Source: a virus
Taxonomy: Duplodnaviria; Caudoviricetes
Direction: 5' to 3' (one strand)
Length of the DNA stretch: 31,088 nucleotides
IMG/VR virus record: IMGVR_UViG_3300005805_000305
Span: 1-31,088 of that record
Positions 13,256-22,640 of this stretch are shown here, one piece after another (position 1 is the stretch's first letter; each line of letters begins with the position of its first letter). The notes below the pieces were generated by a model. The model saw only the letters and a list, made by a program, of their open reading frames with translations. It did not search any database and was not told the DNA's origin. The position numbers and the translations under genes are program-made.

Positions 13256-13261
13256 GTTTCC

Positions 13262-13504
13262 ATGCATTGTCCCTCCTGCCAACGCCAAATTGACCCGAAA
13301 GTGGTCACCGAAAACGACCATAAGCGTGGTACTTGCTTTGCCTGCCACGTAAAAGGAGTTACATTTGGATTCAAGGGAGTTGCGTACGGGCGGTCCAATT
13401 GGAATGGTTCAACCGTAAGAGAAGTGCAAAAGTCTTACGAGGAGTCAGACCTAATGAAGCAAGGCAAGATTGAAAAAGTTTCGACAAGGAAGGAACTCAT
13501 CTAG
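13262..13504 (+). CDS. small Zn-ribbon protein
   Basis: MHCPSC...TCFACH; GAGG RBS. Confidence 0.75.
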   Translation: MHCPSCQRQIDPKVVTENDHKRGTCFACHVKGVTFGFKGVAYGRSNWNGSTVREVQKSYEESDLMKQGKIEKVSTRKELI

Positions 13505-13744
13505 ATGGAGTGGCTTGTCCCAATTGTCGTCGCAATTATTACTGGCCCGATAGTCGTGTTGATTCAAAAGTTTCGCAAAGAAAATCATGCTGACCATGCT
13601 GTCGTGATGAACATGCTGGACAAGATTGACGGCAAAGTGGACAAGGTTGACGGCAAGGTTGACCAACACATTCAGTGGCATCTCGGCAAAACAAAGAAAA
13701 AGAAGTCGTCCGGTGGCGGCGGAGGAGTAAATCAAGTCGTATGA
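13505..13744 (+). CDS. small membrane protein, holin-like (one TM plus coiled coil)
   Basis: MEWLVPIVVAIITGPIVVLI followed by KIDGKVDKVDGKVDQHIQWH. Confidence 0.7.
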   Translation: MEWLVPIVVAIITGPIVVLIQKFRKENHADHAVVMNMLDKIDGKVDKVDGKVDQHIQWHLGKTKKKKSSGGGGGVNQVV

Positions 13745-13926
13745 AAATCATGATTCTTTTTCCAAAAATTGGAAAGGTCAAGGGAACGAAGGCGCGTAAA
13801 GCTATTCAGTTGTCCGACACCATTACAAAACAGATGAAGGACGACGCCAAGAAGGCTGACAAAGCCGCACCTAAGAAAAAACCCGCACCCAAGAAATCAA
13901 CCGCCAAGAAAGGCAAAAAGAAATGA
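13741..13926 (+). CDS. Lys/Ala/Pro-rich basic protein with histone-H1-like tail
   Basis: MKIMILFPK...KAAPKKKPAPKKSTAKKGKKK; GGAGG RBS; ATGA overlaps. Confidence 0.75.
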   Translation: MKIMILFPKIGKVKGTKARKAIQLSDTITKQMKDDAKKADKAAPKKKPAPKKSTAKKGKKK

Positions 13927-14258
13927 AAGTCAATCAAGATTACGTAGGCACATCCCTCGGCGCAGCAGAAGCGGCAGTCACGGTAACAGTGGCAGATGCC
14001 GACAGAATTGCTTTTGTTGTTACGGGAACTTTCACTGGAACCATTACGTTTGAAGCAAGCGTTGACGGAACAACTTTTGCTGCCTTTGGCATGCAAGTAC
14101 CAACGGGCGGCGCAATCGTTAGCACTGCTACTGCACCTGGAACATTTGCGGCTATAGCAAACTCATGTCAGGGTTTTGAAACAGTTCGTGCACGCATGTC
14201 TGCTTACACTTCGGGTACCGCGTTAGTCAAATGGCAAACAGCCAGAATCAGCAAATAA
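13923..14258 (+). CDS. beta-sandwich virion-type protein
   Basis: VTGTFTGTITFEASVDGTTF...VRARMSAYTSGT pattern. Confidence 0.75.
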   Translation: MKVNQDYVGTSLGAAEAAVTVTVADADRIAFVVTGTFTGTITFEASVDGTTFAAFGMQVPTGGAIVSTATAPGTFAAIANSCQGFETVRARMSAYTSGTALVKWQTARISK

Positions 14259-14267
14259 GGAGCAATT

Positions 14268-14414
14268 ATGAAAGACATGAAAGCCGCATACATGAAGGCA
14301 ATGAGTAAAGGTAAGTCAAAGGGTAAGAGCAAGAAAAAGGCTCCTTCCATGAAAAAGATGAACGCTCAGGAAGCCATGCAACAGCGTGGTTACAAAGGAA
14401 CTGGCGGACGTTAA
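14268..14414 (+). CDS. 48-aa Lys/Met-rich protein
   Basis: MKDMKAAYMKAMSKGKSKGKSKKKAPSMKKMNAQEAMQQRGYKGTGGR; AAGGAG RBS; below the ORF-track cutoff. Confidence 0.75.
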   Translation: MKDMKAAYMKAMSKGKSKGKSKKKAPSMKKMNAQEAMQQRGYKGTGGR

Positions 14415-14416
14415 TC

Positions 14417-14593
14417 ATGCACGGCCCAATGAAAGAGGCCTATGAGGAAGCAGAAGAGTCTGTTACAGGCAAAAAGCCAAAAGACGCTCCAAAACTTCCC
14501 AAGGGTTGGCATTACATGCCCGACGGCAAAGTTATGAAAAATTCTGAACACGAAAAAGTGGAAGAAGAGTACGAGGAAGAAGAGGAAAACTAA
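14417..14593 (+). CDS. 58-aa acidic protein with KGWHYMPDGKVM motif
   Basis: Manual translation; TAATG coupling to the next gene. Confidence 0.72.
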   Translation: MHGPMKEAYEEAEESVTGKKPKDAPKLPKGWHYMPDGKVMKNSEHEKVEEEYEEEEEN

Positions 14594-14697
14594 TGCCCGG
14601 TAATCCACGATTTGGTTCGCTTAAGGCAACCACGTTCAAAAAGTACGAGACCGAAAAAAAACCAAGGAAATCTAGTGGCCGCAAAAAGAAAAAGTAA
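14593..14697 (+). CDS. 34-aa basic peptide
   Basis: MPGNPRFGSLKATTFKKYETEKKPRKSSGRKKKK; GAGG RBS. Confidence 0.6.
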   Translation: MPGNPRFGSLKATTFKKYETEKKPRKSSGRKKKK

Positions 14698-14854
14698 GCC
14701 CGTTTGGGAAAAGCCACGCCCGAAGTCGCTCGGTAAGTCCAAAAAACTGACCGATTCGCAGAAAGCGATGGCCAAGGCGTACGCCAAGGCCGCTGGTCGC
14801 CCTTATCCAAACCTCGTTGACAACATGCGAGCAGCACGAAAGAAGAAAAAGTAA
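14675..14854 (+). CDS. 59-aa basic protein with AGRPYPNLVDNM motif
   Basis: GTG start after AAGGA; the motif is one I recognise from small phage proteins. Confidence 0.75.
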   Translation: MAAKRKSKPVWEKPRPKSLGKSKKLTDSQKAMAKAYAKAAGRPYPNLVDNMRAARKKKK

Positions 14855-14970
14855 TGCCTTACGACAAGTACTCACCAAAACAAAAGCGTCTTGCTGCTGT
14901 GGCTGAACCACGCGACAAAATTACTGGTGCCGACCTCAAAGCAATTGGTAAAAAACGAAAGAAGAAGTAA
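14854..14970 (+). CDS. 38-aa basic peptide
   Basis: MPYDKYSPKQKRLAAVAEPRDKITGADLKAIGKKRKKK; TAATG coupling at both ends. Confidence 0.72.
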   Translation: MPYDKYSPKQKRLAAVAEPRDKITGADLKAIGKKRKKK

Positions 14971-15287
14971 TGGCGAAAACACCAGCATGGACTAGAAAAG
15001 AGGGCAAAAACCCCAAAGGTGGATTGAACGCCAAGGGGCGTGCTTCTGCGCGCGCACAGGGGATGAACCTAAAGGCACCAGTAAAGTCTGGCGATAATCC
15101 TCGCCGTGCTTCTTTTCTCGCTCGTATGGGCAACATGCCTGGTCCGGAACGTGACTCCAAGGGTAAGCCGACGCGTCTTCTTCTTTCGTTGCAGGCATGG
15201 GGTGCGTCTTCAAAGTCTGACGCTCGCGCCAAGGCACAAGCAATATCGGCAAGAAACAAAGCAAGGAACCAGAAGAAGAGAACCTGA
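14970..15287 (+). CDS. DUF6321-like basic protein
   Basis: MAKTPAWTRKEGKNPKGGLNAKGRAS...RRASFLARM...PTRLLLSLQAW. Confidence 0.8.
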   Translation: MAKTPAWTRKEGKNPKGGLNAKGRASARAQGMNLKAPVKSGDNPRRASFLARMGNMPGPERDSKGKPTRLLLSLQAWGASSKSDARAKAQAISARNKARNQKKRT

Positions 15288-17221
15288 TGGCACGCCAATC
15301 AAATTCAGACAAACTGTCGCAGTTTAGAGCTCGCATTGAGTCTTCAAAACAATTTAAAAAACAGATGAACTATGACCAGTTGTGGCAGAGACTCATCAAC
15401 TTGTACCGAGGCCGTCATTACCGTGGTCAGGCGGTCGGCGACAGATTGCTTGTCAACATTGCTTTTTCCACAATTAACACGTTGGTCCCTTCTGTTTCAA
15501 TTGGTCGCCCGAAAATCAATGTCAATCCGCGCACGCCAGAAGATGGCGACAAGGCAATAGCAACTGAAAGCATTATTAACTATTGGTGGCAACATTATGA
15601 TTGCCAAACAGAATTTCAGCGCGCGGTAAAAGACTATTTGATTCTTGGTCATGGTTGGGTAAAAACTGGTTACAGATTTGTTGAAGAAGCAAAACTTGAT
15701 GACATTGAATACAGTGCAGATGAAGCCGCTGAAGACAGACCGGCAGATGACCCAGAATCACAAATGGTTATCCGTGAGGACAGGCCATTTGTCGAGCGAG
15801 TTGACCCGTTCGATGTTTGTGTTGACCCAGATGCAACTTCAATGGAAAATGTTCGTTGGATTGCTCAGCGCATACGCCGTCCGCTAAAAGCAGCAAAAGC
15901 CGATAAGCGCTATGACTACGGTGCAAGACAAGAACTGCAAGCAGTTTCGTACAGCAAATATACGGATGGAGCAAGTTATGTTGGCTCAAGTCCGAACCCT
16001 GCTGGGTTTTCTTTTGGCACAAGTCAAGACGAGGCATATTGTGAAATTTGGGAGTACTACGACGTAGAGACAGGCGAGATGTGCGTTTTTGGTTATGACG
16101 GTGGAAACAAATTCCTCATCAAGCCAATCAAAATGCCTTACGTTTTTGGTCATCCATTTATCATGTTGCGCAACTACGAGATTCCAGGTTTCTTCTACCC
16201 GATGGGCGAACTGGAAGCCATCGAGCCGTTGCAGTACGAGTTGAACGAAACACGTACGCAGATGATGAACCACAGAAAGCGTTACTCGCGCAAGTGGCTT
16301 GCTATGGAGTCGGCGTTTGACGACTTCGGTCGTACAATGCTTGCTTCTGACGACGACAACGTAATCGTTCCGGTCAAGGGTTCAGAAAACTTAAACAACG
16401 TCGTGGTTCCGATGCCTGCGCTCATCAACCCGCCAGAGTTCTACAACCAGTCTGCGCTTATCCAGAACGACATTGACCGCGTATCTGGTGTTTCCGAATA
16501 CCAGCGTGGTGCGATTCCGGAGACGACCCGCACCGCTCGTGAAGCATCAATCATTGCCGAGGCAGGAAATGCTCGTGTGGCAGAGAAGTTGGTAACCATA
16601 GAAAACAACATTGCCAAGTGTGCTCAAAACCTCATCATGCTTGCCCAACAGTTCATGACGGGTGAGCAGACGGTGCGTATTTTGGGTACTGAAGCAGCGC
16701 CGGTATGGTTGACCTTTGATAAAGACTATATCGCTGGTCAGTTTGACTTTATGGTTGAAGCTGGCTCAACTGCTCCACGTAACGAGGCTTTCCGTCGTGA
16801 TATGGCACTCCAGATGGTTGCTGCCCTTCAGCCGTTTGCCCAAGCAGGTTTGGTAAATATGGCCAAACTTGCCGAATATGTAATGGGTGTTGGTTTTGGC
16901 GTAAAAGACCCGCAATCTTTCCTTAATCCACAAGCAGAAATGGAAGCTGGTCCGATGATGGGCGAAGGAGAACAGCCGATGGGTATGGGACCGGGGATGC
17001 CACCACAAGGAGCGGGCATGGAAGGTTTGCCACCTGAGCTTGCTGGAATGCTTGGTCAACAGATTCCTGGACAAGGCATGATTCCAGAAGTGCAGCCAGG
17101 ATTGTTGCCAATGGGCGGACCGCTACAGGGTCCAGCACCACAGGTTGGTGCACCGCCAGCGGGCTTGCTTGAATCCTTGCCGCCAGAAGTCCTTCAAGCG
17201 TTACTTGCCCAGGGCAGGTAA
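15287..17221 (+). CDS. portal protein (podovirus/P22-like)
   Basis: Size and position; GHGWVKTGY, VDPFDVCVDPDA, DIDRVSGVSEYQRG...RTAREA motifs; Pro/Gly/Met-rich tail. Confidence 0.9.
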   Translation: MARQSNSDKLSQFRARIESSKQFKKQMNYDQLWQRLINLYRGRHYRGQAVGDRLLVNIAFSTINTLVPSVSIGRPKINVNPRTPEDGDKAIATESIINYWWQHYDCQTEFQRAVKDYLILGHGWVKTGYRFVEEAKLDDIEYSADEAAEDRPADDPESQMVIREDRPFVERVDPFDVCVDPDATSMENVRWIAQRIRRPLKAAKADKRYDYGARQELQAVSYSKYTDGASYVGSSPNPAGFSFGTSQDEAYCEIWEYYDVETGEMCVFGYDGGNKFLIKPIKMPYVFGHPFIMLRNYEIPGFFYPMGELEAIEPLQYELNETRTQMMNHRKRYSRKWLAMESAFDDFGRTMLASDDDNVIVPVKGSENLNNVVVPMPALINPPEFYNQSALIQNDIDRVSGVSEYQRGAIPETTRTAREASIIAEAGNARVAEKLVTIENNIAKCAQNLIMLAQQFMTGEQTVRILGTEAAPVWLTFDKDYIAGQFDFMVEAGSTAPRNEAFRRDMALQMVAALQPFAQAGLVNMAKLAEYVMGVGFGVKDPQSFLNPQAEMEAGPMMGEGEQPMGMGPGMPPQGAGMEGLPPELAGMLGQQIPGQGMIPEVQPGLLPMGGPLQGPAPQVGAPPAGLLESLPPEVLQALLAQGR

Positions 17222-17243
17222 TGAAATAACCTACTATATAGGG
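17218..17243 (+). promoter_or_regulatory. phage late promoter motif upstream of scaffold/capsid
   Basis: GTAATGAAATAACCTACTATATAGGG. Confidence 0.72.
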
Positions 17244-17286
17244 GGATATTTTCCCCAGGGAACAACCAAAGAAGGACGGACTCCCA

Positions 17287-18063
17287 ATGACAACAGAAAT
17301 TGCTGACGCAACTAACGAACAGCCAACTCCTGATACGGAACAATTGGCGAACACGGAAGAGGCTCAAGCAGAAACCACGGCAGAAGAAGTAGAACTTTTT
17401 GACCCGACAGAGATTGGCGACAAATTCGTCAAACTCCAAGTCGATGGTGAAGAAGTAGTAGTTCCGATTGCCGAGGCCCTAGCTGGTTACCAACGTCAAG
17501 CGGACTATACACGCAAGACACAGGAAATCAGCGAACAGAGAAAGCAATTGCAATTCGCGGCCACCTTACAGGAAGCCCTGCAAAAGGACCCGGAAAGCAC
17601 ATTGCGCCTGCTGAATCAGCAGTTCGGTAAATCTCAACCGGCGGTGGCAACACCAGAGGAAGATGAATACCTAACCGCAGAAGAAAAGCAGGTGAGAGAG
17701 TTAAATCAACGACTCGCCGCTCTTGAACAAGAGAGAGCGATGGATGCGCTGATTAAAACAATCGACACTCTGCAGGAGAAATACGGCGAAGAATTCAACG
17801 CAGACGAAGTTGTATTCCGAGCGAACCAACTCGGTAGCACCGATTTGGAAGCAGTCTTTAAACAGATGGCTTTCGACAAGGTGTATTCCGATAAGTCCAA
17901 AGCCAGCAAAAAGCTGGAAGAGGAACAGGCTCGCTTGAATGCAAAACGAAATGCCACGGTGGTTTCCAGCGGGGCATCTGCAAAAGGTTCAGCGCCTAAA
18001 TCTGCTCCACCAAAATCCGTATTCGAAGCTTTTGAGATGGCAAAACGCCAACTCAACGGCTAA
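17287..18063 (+). CDS. capsid scaffolding protein
   Basis: Acidic N-terminus; VKLQVDGEEVVV...GYQRQADYTRKTQE motif; lies between portal and MCP. Confidence 0.85.
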   Translation: MTTEIADATNEQPTPDTEQLANTEEAQAETTAEEVELFDPTEIGDKFVKLQVDGEEVVVPIAEALAGYQRQADYTRKTQEISEQRKQLQFAATLQEALQKDPESTLRLLNQQFGKSQPAVATPEEDEYLTAEEKQVRELNQRLAALEQERAMDALIKTIDTLQEKYGEEFNADEVVFRANQLGSTDLEAVFKQMAFDKVYSDKSKASKKLEEEQARLNAKRNATVVSSGASAKGSAPKSAPPKSVFEAFEMAKRQLNG

Positions 18064-18087
18064 CCCTCACAACAGGAGACAACTCAG

Positions 18088-19044
18088 ATGGCTGGAAATC
18101 CAGACTTCAATGCAATTTTGTCTACGACGCTTCAGAACTATCAGCCGACGCTCGTTGACAACATCTTCAAGGACTTGGTTCTTTTGAACCACCTCAACGA
18201 GCGCGGTCGCGTGCAGGTTGAGGACGGCGGCACGAGCATCGTGGAACCACTGATGTACGCTGTCAACAACACCGTGTCCTCGTACAGTGGCTATGACGCC
18301 ATTGACCTCACCCCACAGGACGGCATCTCGGCCGCCGAGTACTCATGGAAGCAGATTGCTGCATCCATAGCCATCTCGGGCATCGAGGAAGCCAAGAACC
18401 GTGGCACCGAGGCAATCATCAAATTGCTCAACGCCAAGATTCAGCAGGCAGAGATGTCGCTCAAGACATCGGTCAACGACATGCTGTTCTCAAACGGCAC
18501 AGGCAATGGTGGCAAGGACTTCAATGGTCTTGCCAACATCGTCGGTACGCAGAACAACACGGTCGGTGGCATTGATGCTTCCGCTAACACTTGGTGGAAT
18601 CCAACCCAAGCAACGACCATGGGTGCGGCGCTTTCGCTCGTGAACATGGCCGACGTGTACAACCGCGCCTCAAAGGGCTCGGATGTTCCGGACCTCATCA
18701 TCACCAACCACTCACTGTTCGAAGAGTACGAGTCACTTCTTACTCCGAACGTGCGTTACCAGGATGTCAGCAAGGCAAACGCAGGCTTCACGAACTTGAT
18801 GTTCAAGCAGACGCCAATCGTGTTTGACCTCGCACTGGCAACCGATGCAACCGATGCGCCGATGTACTTCCTCAACACGAAGTACCTCAAGCTCACCGGC
18901 ATGACGGGTTACTGGTTCACGACAACTCAATTCCAGAACGGCACCGTTGCTGGTGTTGATGCTCGTTACGCGCTGGTCATGGCGTACGGCGAACTCACCT
19001 GCAGCAACCGTTCACGTCAGGGCTACATCACAGCAGACGCCTGA
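18088..19044 (+). CDS. major capsid protein
   Basis: LSTTLQNY..LVDNIF, GGTSIVEPLMY, AEYSWKQ, VGGID, MYFLNTKYL, GELTCSNR motifs; AGGAG RBS; strong C-ending codon bias. Confidence 0.92.
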   Translation: MAGNPDFNAILSTTLQNYQPTLVDNIFKDLVLLNHLNERGRVQVEDGGTSIVEPLMYAVNNTVSSYSGYDAIDLTPQDGISAAEYSWKQIAASIAISGIEEAKNRGTEAIIKLLNAKIQQAEMSLKTSVNDMLFSNGTGNGGKDFNGLANIVGTQNNTVGGIDASANTWWNPTQATTMGAALSLVNMADVYNRASKGSDVPDLIITNHSLFEEYESLLTPNVRYQDVSKANAGFTNLMFKQTPIVFDLALATDATDAPMYFLNTKYLKLTGMTGYWFTTTQFQNGTVAGVDARYALVMAYGELTCSNRSRQGYITADA

Positions 19045-19156
19045 TAAAGGTCTTTGATGGCTGGGCTTGAAGGGGCCCAGTCTTCATTGAAAATAACAAC
19101 AATTCCAATCCGACCAAGGTTGGTTAACTGCCGAAAGGCAAGGAGATAGAAACATC

Positions 19157-19627
19157 ATGGTCACAAACAATAAATTCATCGTGGAGAGAACAAACGTTCT
19201 TGCCGCTGATGTTGTCGTAGGTACGACCTACGCAGCACTTGATGCAGGGGACTTTGGCTGGTACGGCTTTGCCGGTCAGACCTACGCCTTCAATGCAGAA
19301 GTGGTGTACGACGCAGACGGTGCAACAGAAGGCGCTGCTTTCTCAATCACCGCAGGCGCAACACCAACAGCAATTCAGTTTGTTTCGGTCTATCCATTGA
19401 CTGCAACAACTGAAACCAAGACGCAGTGCGTTGCAATTGACACCCCAGACCACGGAACATCATCAGTTGATGGATTGAACACCGCCCAAGTATTCGGTGT
19501 TATCACCCCATCAGCCGACGGTTTCGTTGCCATTTCTGGCGTCGCGGAAAATGCAAGCAAAATCACGGCAAAGGGTGGTCTTTCAACCCTTACGTGGAAG
19601 CGCATTGACTGGCCGAGCCAGCCGTAA
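19157..19627 (+). CDS. probable capsid decoration / minor capsid protein
   Basis: Beta-rich Ala/Thr/Gly/Val composition; directly after MCP and before a terminator; strong RBS. Confidence 0.6.
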   Translation: MVTNNKFIVERTNVLAADVVVGTTYAALDAGDFGWYGFAGQTYAFNAEVVYDADGATEGAAFSITAGATPTAIQFVSVYPLTATTETKTQCVAIDTPDHGTSSVDGLNTAQVFGVITPSADGFVAISGVAENASKITAKGGLSTLTWKRIDWPSQP

Positions 19628-19631
19628 GCAG

Positions 19632-19715
19632 TAACCCCGTAAGGGGTTAAAAAAGTTTGGCCAGGGTCGTGGGTCGTCATCCTTCGGGCGACACCTGGCC
19701 CTGGCCATTTCTTTT
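19632..19715 (+). terminator. tandem hairpins ending in an intrinsic terminator
   Basis: TAACCCC-GTAA-GGGGTTA (19632-19649); long TGGCCAGGGTCG...TGGCCCTGGCCA stem (19658-19707) followed by TTTCTTTT. Confidence 0.8.
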
Positions 19716-19786
19716 GGACCAGGAAAGACCGGAAGACTACGTGTACGATTCAGAAATTACAAATAAGTGGTATTGGGAATCGCAAG

Positions 19787-19812
19787 GTAACGAATTCGCT
19801 TATTATGTAGAG
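19787..19812 (+). promoter_or_regulatory. phage late promoter motif upstream of the neck/tail operon
   Basis: GTAACGAATTCGCTTATTATGTAGAG, just after the terminator. Confidence 0.72.
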
Positions 19813-19832
19813 AAAGCGTAGAAGGAGCACTT

Positions 19833-20135
19833 ATGCAAAGACAAACAGTTCAGGTTGGTCAAGGACTCGCAGGAACAGAACGATACGGAACCATTCACGG
19901 AACCGAAGTTCGTCAACTGATACCAGCACATATCCAACCTGGCGTTGAGCCAGCTTCTCCTTCCGGCACAAAGTATGGCATTGTTTCACAATGTGAATAC
20001 ATTAAAGAAGACGGCGAACAATGCATGGCTCCAAGAAAAAAGACAAGTAAATATTGCTTTGGTCACAATCGTCGCATTGAAAAACTTGAAGAAGAGGCGC
20101 TTGCGAAGGAAACGCCTGCAGACAAACAGGAGTAG
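19833..20135 (+). CDS. small protein with CCCH-type Zn motif
   Basis: CEYIKEDGEQCMAPRKKTSKYCFGH; AAGGAG RBS. Confidence 0.75.
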   Translation: MQRQTVQVGQGLAGTERYGTIHGTEVRQLIPAHIQPGVEPASPSGTKYGIVSQCEYIKEDGEQCMAPRKKTSKYCFGHNRRIEKLEEEALAKETPADKQE

Positions 20136-20138
20136 TCA

Positions 20139-20933
20139 ATGGCAATTCCTTTTCAAAATGAAAACTTAACTCTTGCTCAAATGCGAGATTTGGTTAGCCA
20201 ATTATCTGATTTGGAAATTGGTCCTGATGCCAATGACGACCTTACTGTTGATTTGGTAAACAGTTTCATCAAAGAAGGATTTCAAAAGATTTATAACCTG
20301 ACATCACGTTGGCCCTACTACCAAAACACGATGTCAATATCAACCGTAAGCGGAGTTCGTGGTTACTCTTCGTTTACTCAAACTTTGCCGTCAGTTGCAA
20401 CGAAATCAATAAATGATTTGAATCAGGTTATTTCCGTAGTTAACACAACCAATGCCGGCAATGCATTGATTTACTTGGACCAGTTTAAGTGTGAAAGTTT
20501 GTGGGTTGGAACGCAAGACCAACCAGGTATTCCTGCTTACTTCAGCATCTGGGCAAATCAAATAAATCTGTGGCCAAAACCAGATGACGTATACGTTCTT
20601 ACTATTCGTGGATTTAAGCGTCCGCAATTGGATTGGTTGAGTGACGTAAACACAAGTATTGACATAAGCCCTGACATGCAGTTGCCTTTGGTCAACTACG
20701 TCATGTCGCGGATTTACCAATTCCAAGAAGACCCTGAGATGTCAGCGGTATACAACCGCCAATTTGAGCAAGAAGTGGCGTTGGTGCAAGGCAATTTGAC
20801 TGCGCCAAACAATAACCAACCACTCATCATGTCGGGTGGTCTACAACTCACACCGTACGACTACTGGTGGGCTGATTACCCAGGTGTTCAGGTCATGCCA
20901 GGAAGTCCTAACCCATTGGCGTTGCTCTGGTAA
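20139..20933 (+). CDS. head-tail adaptor (tail tubular protein A-like)
   Basis: TLAQMRDLV...VNSFIKEG...WP; GIPAYFSIWANQINLWPKPD motif; position. Confidence 0.8.
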   Translation: MAIPFQNENLTLAQMRDLVSQLSDLEIGPDANDDLTVDLVNSFIKEGFQKIYNLTSRWPYYQNTMSISTVSGVRGYSSFTQTLPSVATKSINDLNQVISVVNTTNAGNALIYLDQFKCESLWVGTQDQPGIPAYFSIWANQINLWPKPDDVYVLTIRGFKRPQLDWLSDVNTSIDISPDMQLPLVNYVMSRIYQFQEDPEMSAVYNRQFEQEVALVQGNLTAPNNNQPLIMSGGLQLTPYDYWWADYPGVQVMPGSPNPLALLW

Positions 20934-22640
20934 ATGACTCAGATTCTTTTTGACCAAGTTCGTGATTTTACGGGCGGCATAAACTACCGCGCCGACCAAT
21001 TTCAGTTGGCCAAGAACGAGTCGCCGCAAATAATAAATCTTGAAGTTGACCCTCGTGGCGGCGTATTTAGCCGTGCTGGCTACAAGAAAAAGCACACAAC
21101 TGCAGTTAGTGGAAACTGGAATCCAAAATCTCTGTTTAACTATAAATACCAGTCAGCACCAAGAATAATGTTGACAACTGGTTACGAATCAGTTGGCCCA
21201 GTTGATGGAAGAGTTTATAGTTCTACTGGTAGTAATTTTTCTACTCTTGATTCTGCTCTGTCAACACCGTTAAACGTCAAGTCACCAAACGGTGCAAGCA
21301 TGACGCAGTGGGAAGATATTTTGTACATTGCCTTGGGCAAAGACGCAACACAAATGTACAAGTGGGATGCAACAAACACTTATGCAACTGCACTTACAGC
21401 ATCTGGACCCACGTGGCAACCATATGAAACCGGTGGTTCTGGTTACATGCCAAGGGCAGAACTTGCAATTGCCCACGCCAACAAGCTGTTTGTAGCCAAC
21501 ACTTACGAAAACGGTGTTGAATATCCAAACCGCATTCGTTGGTCGCATGAAAATCTTCCAGAAGCCTGGTATCAGCAGGACTATATTGACATCATTGCTG
21601 GCGGCGATGGGATTCGTGGACTTCAAATCCTTGATGGTCAGCTTGTTATATTTAAACCAAAAGCCGTTTATCTGCTCATGGGATATGATGCAGATTCTTT
21701 TCAACTTGTAGAACTGACAACAATCATTGGCATCGACACGCCACAACAAGCGGTCGCTGGTTCCGGCGGTGTGTACTTTTTTGATTACCCTTTGGGTTTG
21801 TTTTTTTATGACCGCAATGGTATTCGTAATTTGTTTGACCGCTTAAAGCCAATTATTGACGAAGACCGCATTAATGCAAACAAACTAGAAGACGTAACAC
21901 TTTCTTTTGTTAATGACCGTTTGTGGATATCAATGCCTTTTGATATTGATAACAGCGGTTCAAATCCAGATTATCCAAACTGTAATTTTATGTTTGACCC
22001 GTCAATTGGACGACAGGGAGCATTTGTTTTATTTCAGTCCGCAACATACGATTCAGAAGCAGAAACAGATATAACCGGTTGGGGTTTGCTCAGCGGTATT
22101 GACTGGCAAGATTCAACTGAAGATGTTTGGCACCTCATGATTCATCCTGACCCAAACTTTAAATTCGTGATGTACGTAGACGAATACGACAACACGGCTG
22201 ATGACATTCCTTCAGGAGCTAATGACGGCGACATATTTACTTCTTACACAACTTCATGGTTTTACGATGACCGTTACGTGCAAGACAAGACGTTTGTCAA
22301 GAGCTTGTACGTTGTCAAATCAGTAGAAGAAGAAACTCAAATAAGAGTGAACGTTTACCACGATTTCAATTCAAGTGATATTGTAACGAGCCACACGGTG
22401 ACCTTAATACCAGTTACAACTGGAGGAGTTTACGGCACAGGAATTTATGGAACCAGCGTTTATGGCGAATCTCAGTTGCGTCAGGGAATCCAAGTTGGCG
22501 GAAGATTAAAGACGGCAAAAGCCGTACAACTAGAATTCGTCGGTCCTACGGGGGATTTGACGAATACATTGGGTAGGGCATGGGGAATCAACTCCATTGC
22601 CTTTAAATACAAACGACGTAAGATTAGGAGCACCAAGTAA
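20934..22640 (+). CDS. tail nozzle / stabilisation protein (tubular protein B, P22 gp10-like)
   Basis: DFTGGIN N-terminus; beta-propeller-like motifs (HANKLFVA, NRIRWS, GQLVIFK); position. Confidence 0.82.
   Translation: MTQILFDQVRDFTGGINYRADQFQLAKNESPQIINLEVDPRGGVFSRAGYKKKHTTAVSGNWNPKSLFNYKYQSAPRIMLTTGYESVGPVDGRVYSSTGSNFSTLDSALSTPLNVKSPNGASMTQWEDILYIALGKDATQMYKWDATNTYATALTASGPTWQPYETGGSGYMPRAELAIAHANKLFVANTYENGVEYPNRIRWSHENLPEAWYQQDYIDIIAGGDGIRGLQILDGQLVIFKPKAVYLLMGYDADSFQLVELTTIIGIDTPQQAVAGSGGVYFFDYPLGLFFYDRNGIRNLFDRLKPIIDEDRINANKLEDVTLSFVNDRLWISMPFDIDNSGSNPDYPNCNFMFDPSIGRQGAFVLFQSATYDSEAETDITGWGLLSGIDWQDSTEDVWHLMIHPDPNFKFVMYVDEYDNTADDIPSGANDGDIFTSYTTSWFYDDRYVQDKTFVKSLYVVKSVEEETQIRVNVYHDFNSSDIVTSHTVTLIPVTTGGVYGTGIYGTSVYGESQLRQGIQVGGRLKTAKAVQLEFVGPTGDLTNTLGRAWGINSIAFKYKRRKIRSTK

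Noticed and set aside
19041-19140. Hammerhead ribozyme (CTGATAA...GAAA) after the MCP
   Set aside because: The core is not CUGAnGA, and the GAAA is a closed tetraloop rather than a junction strand.
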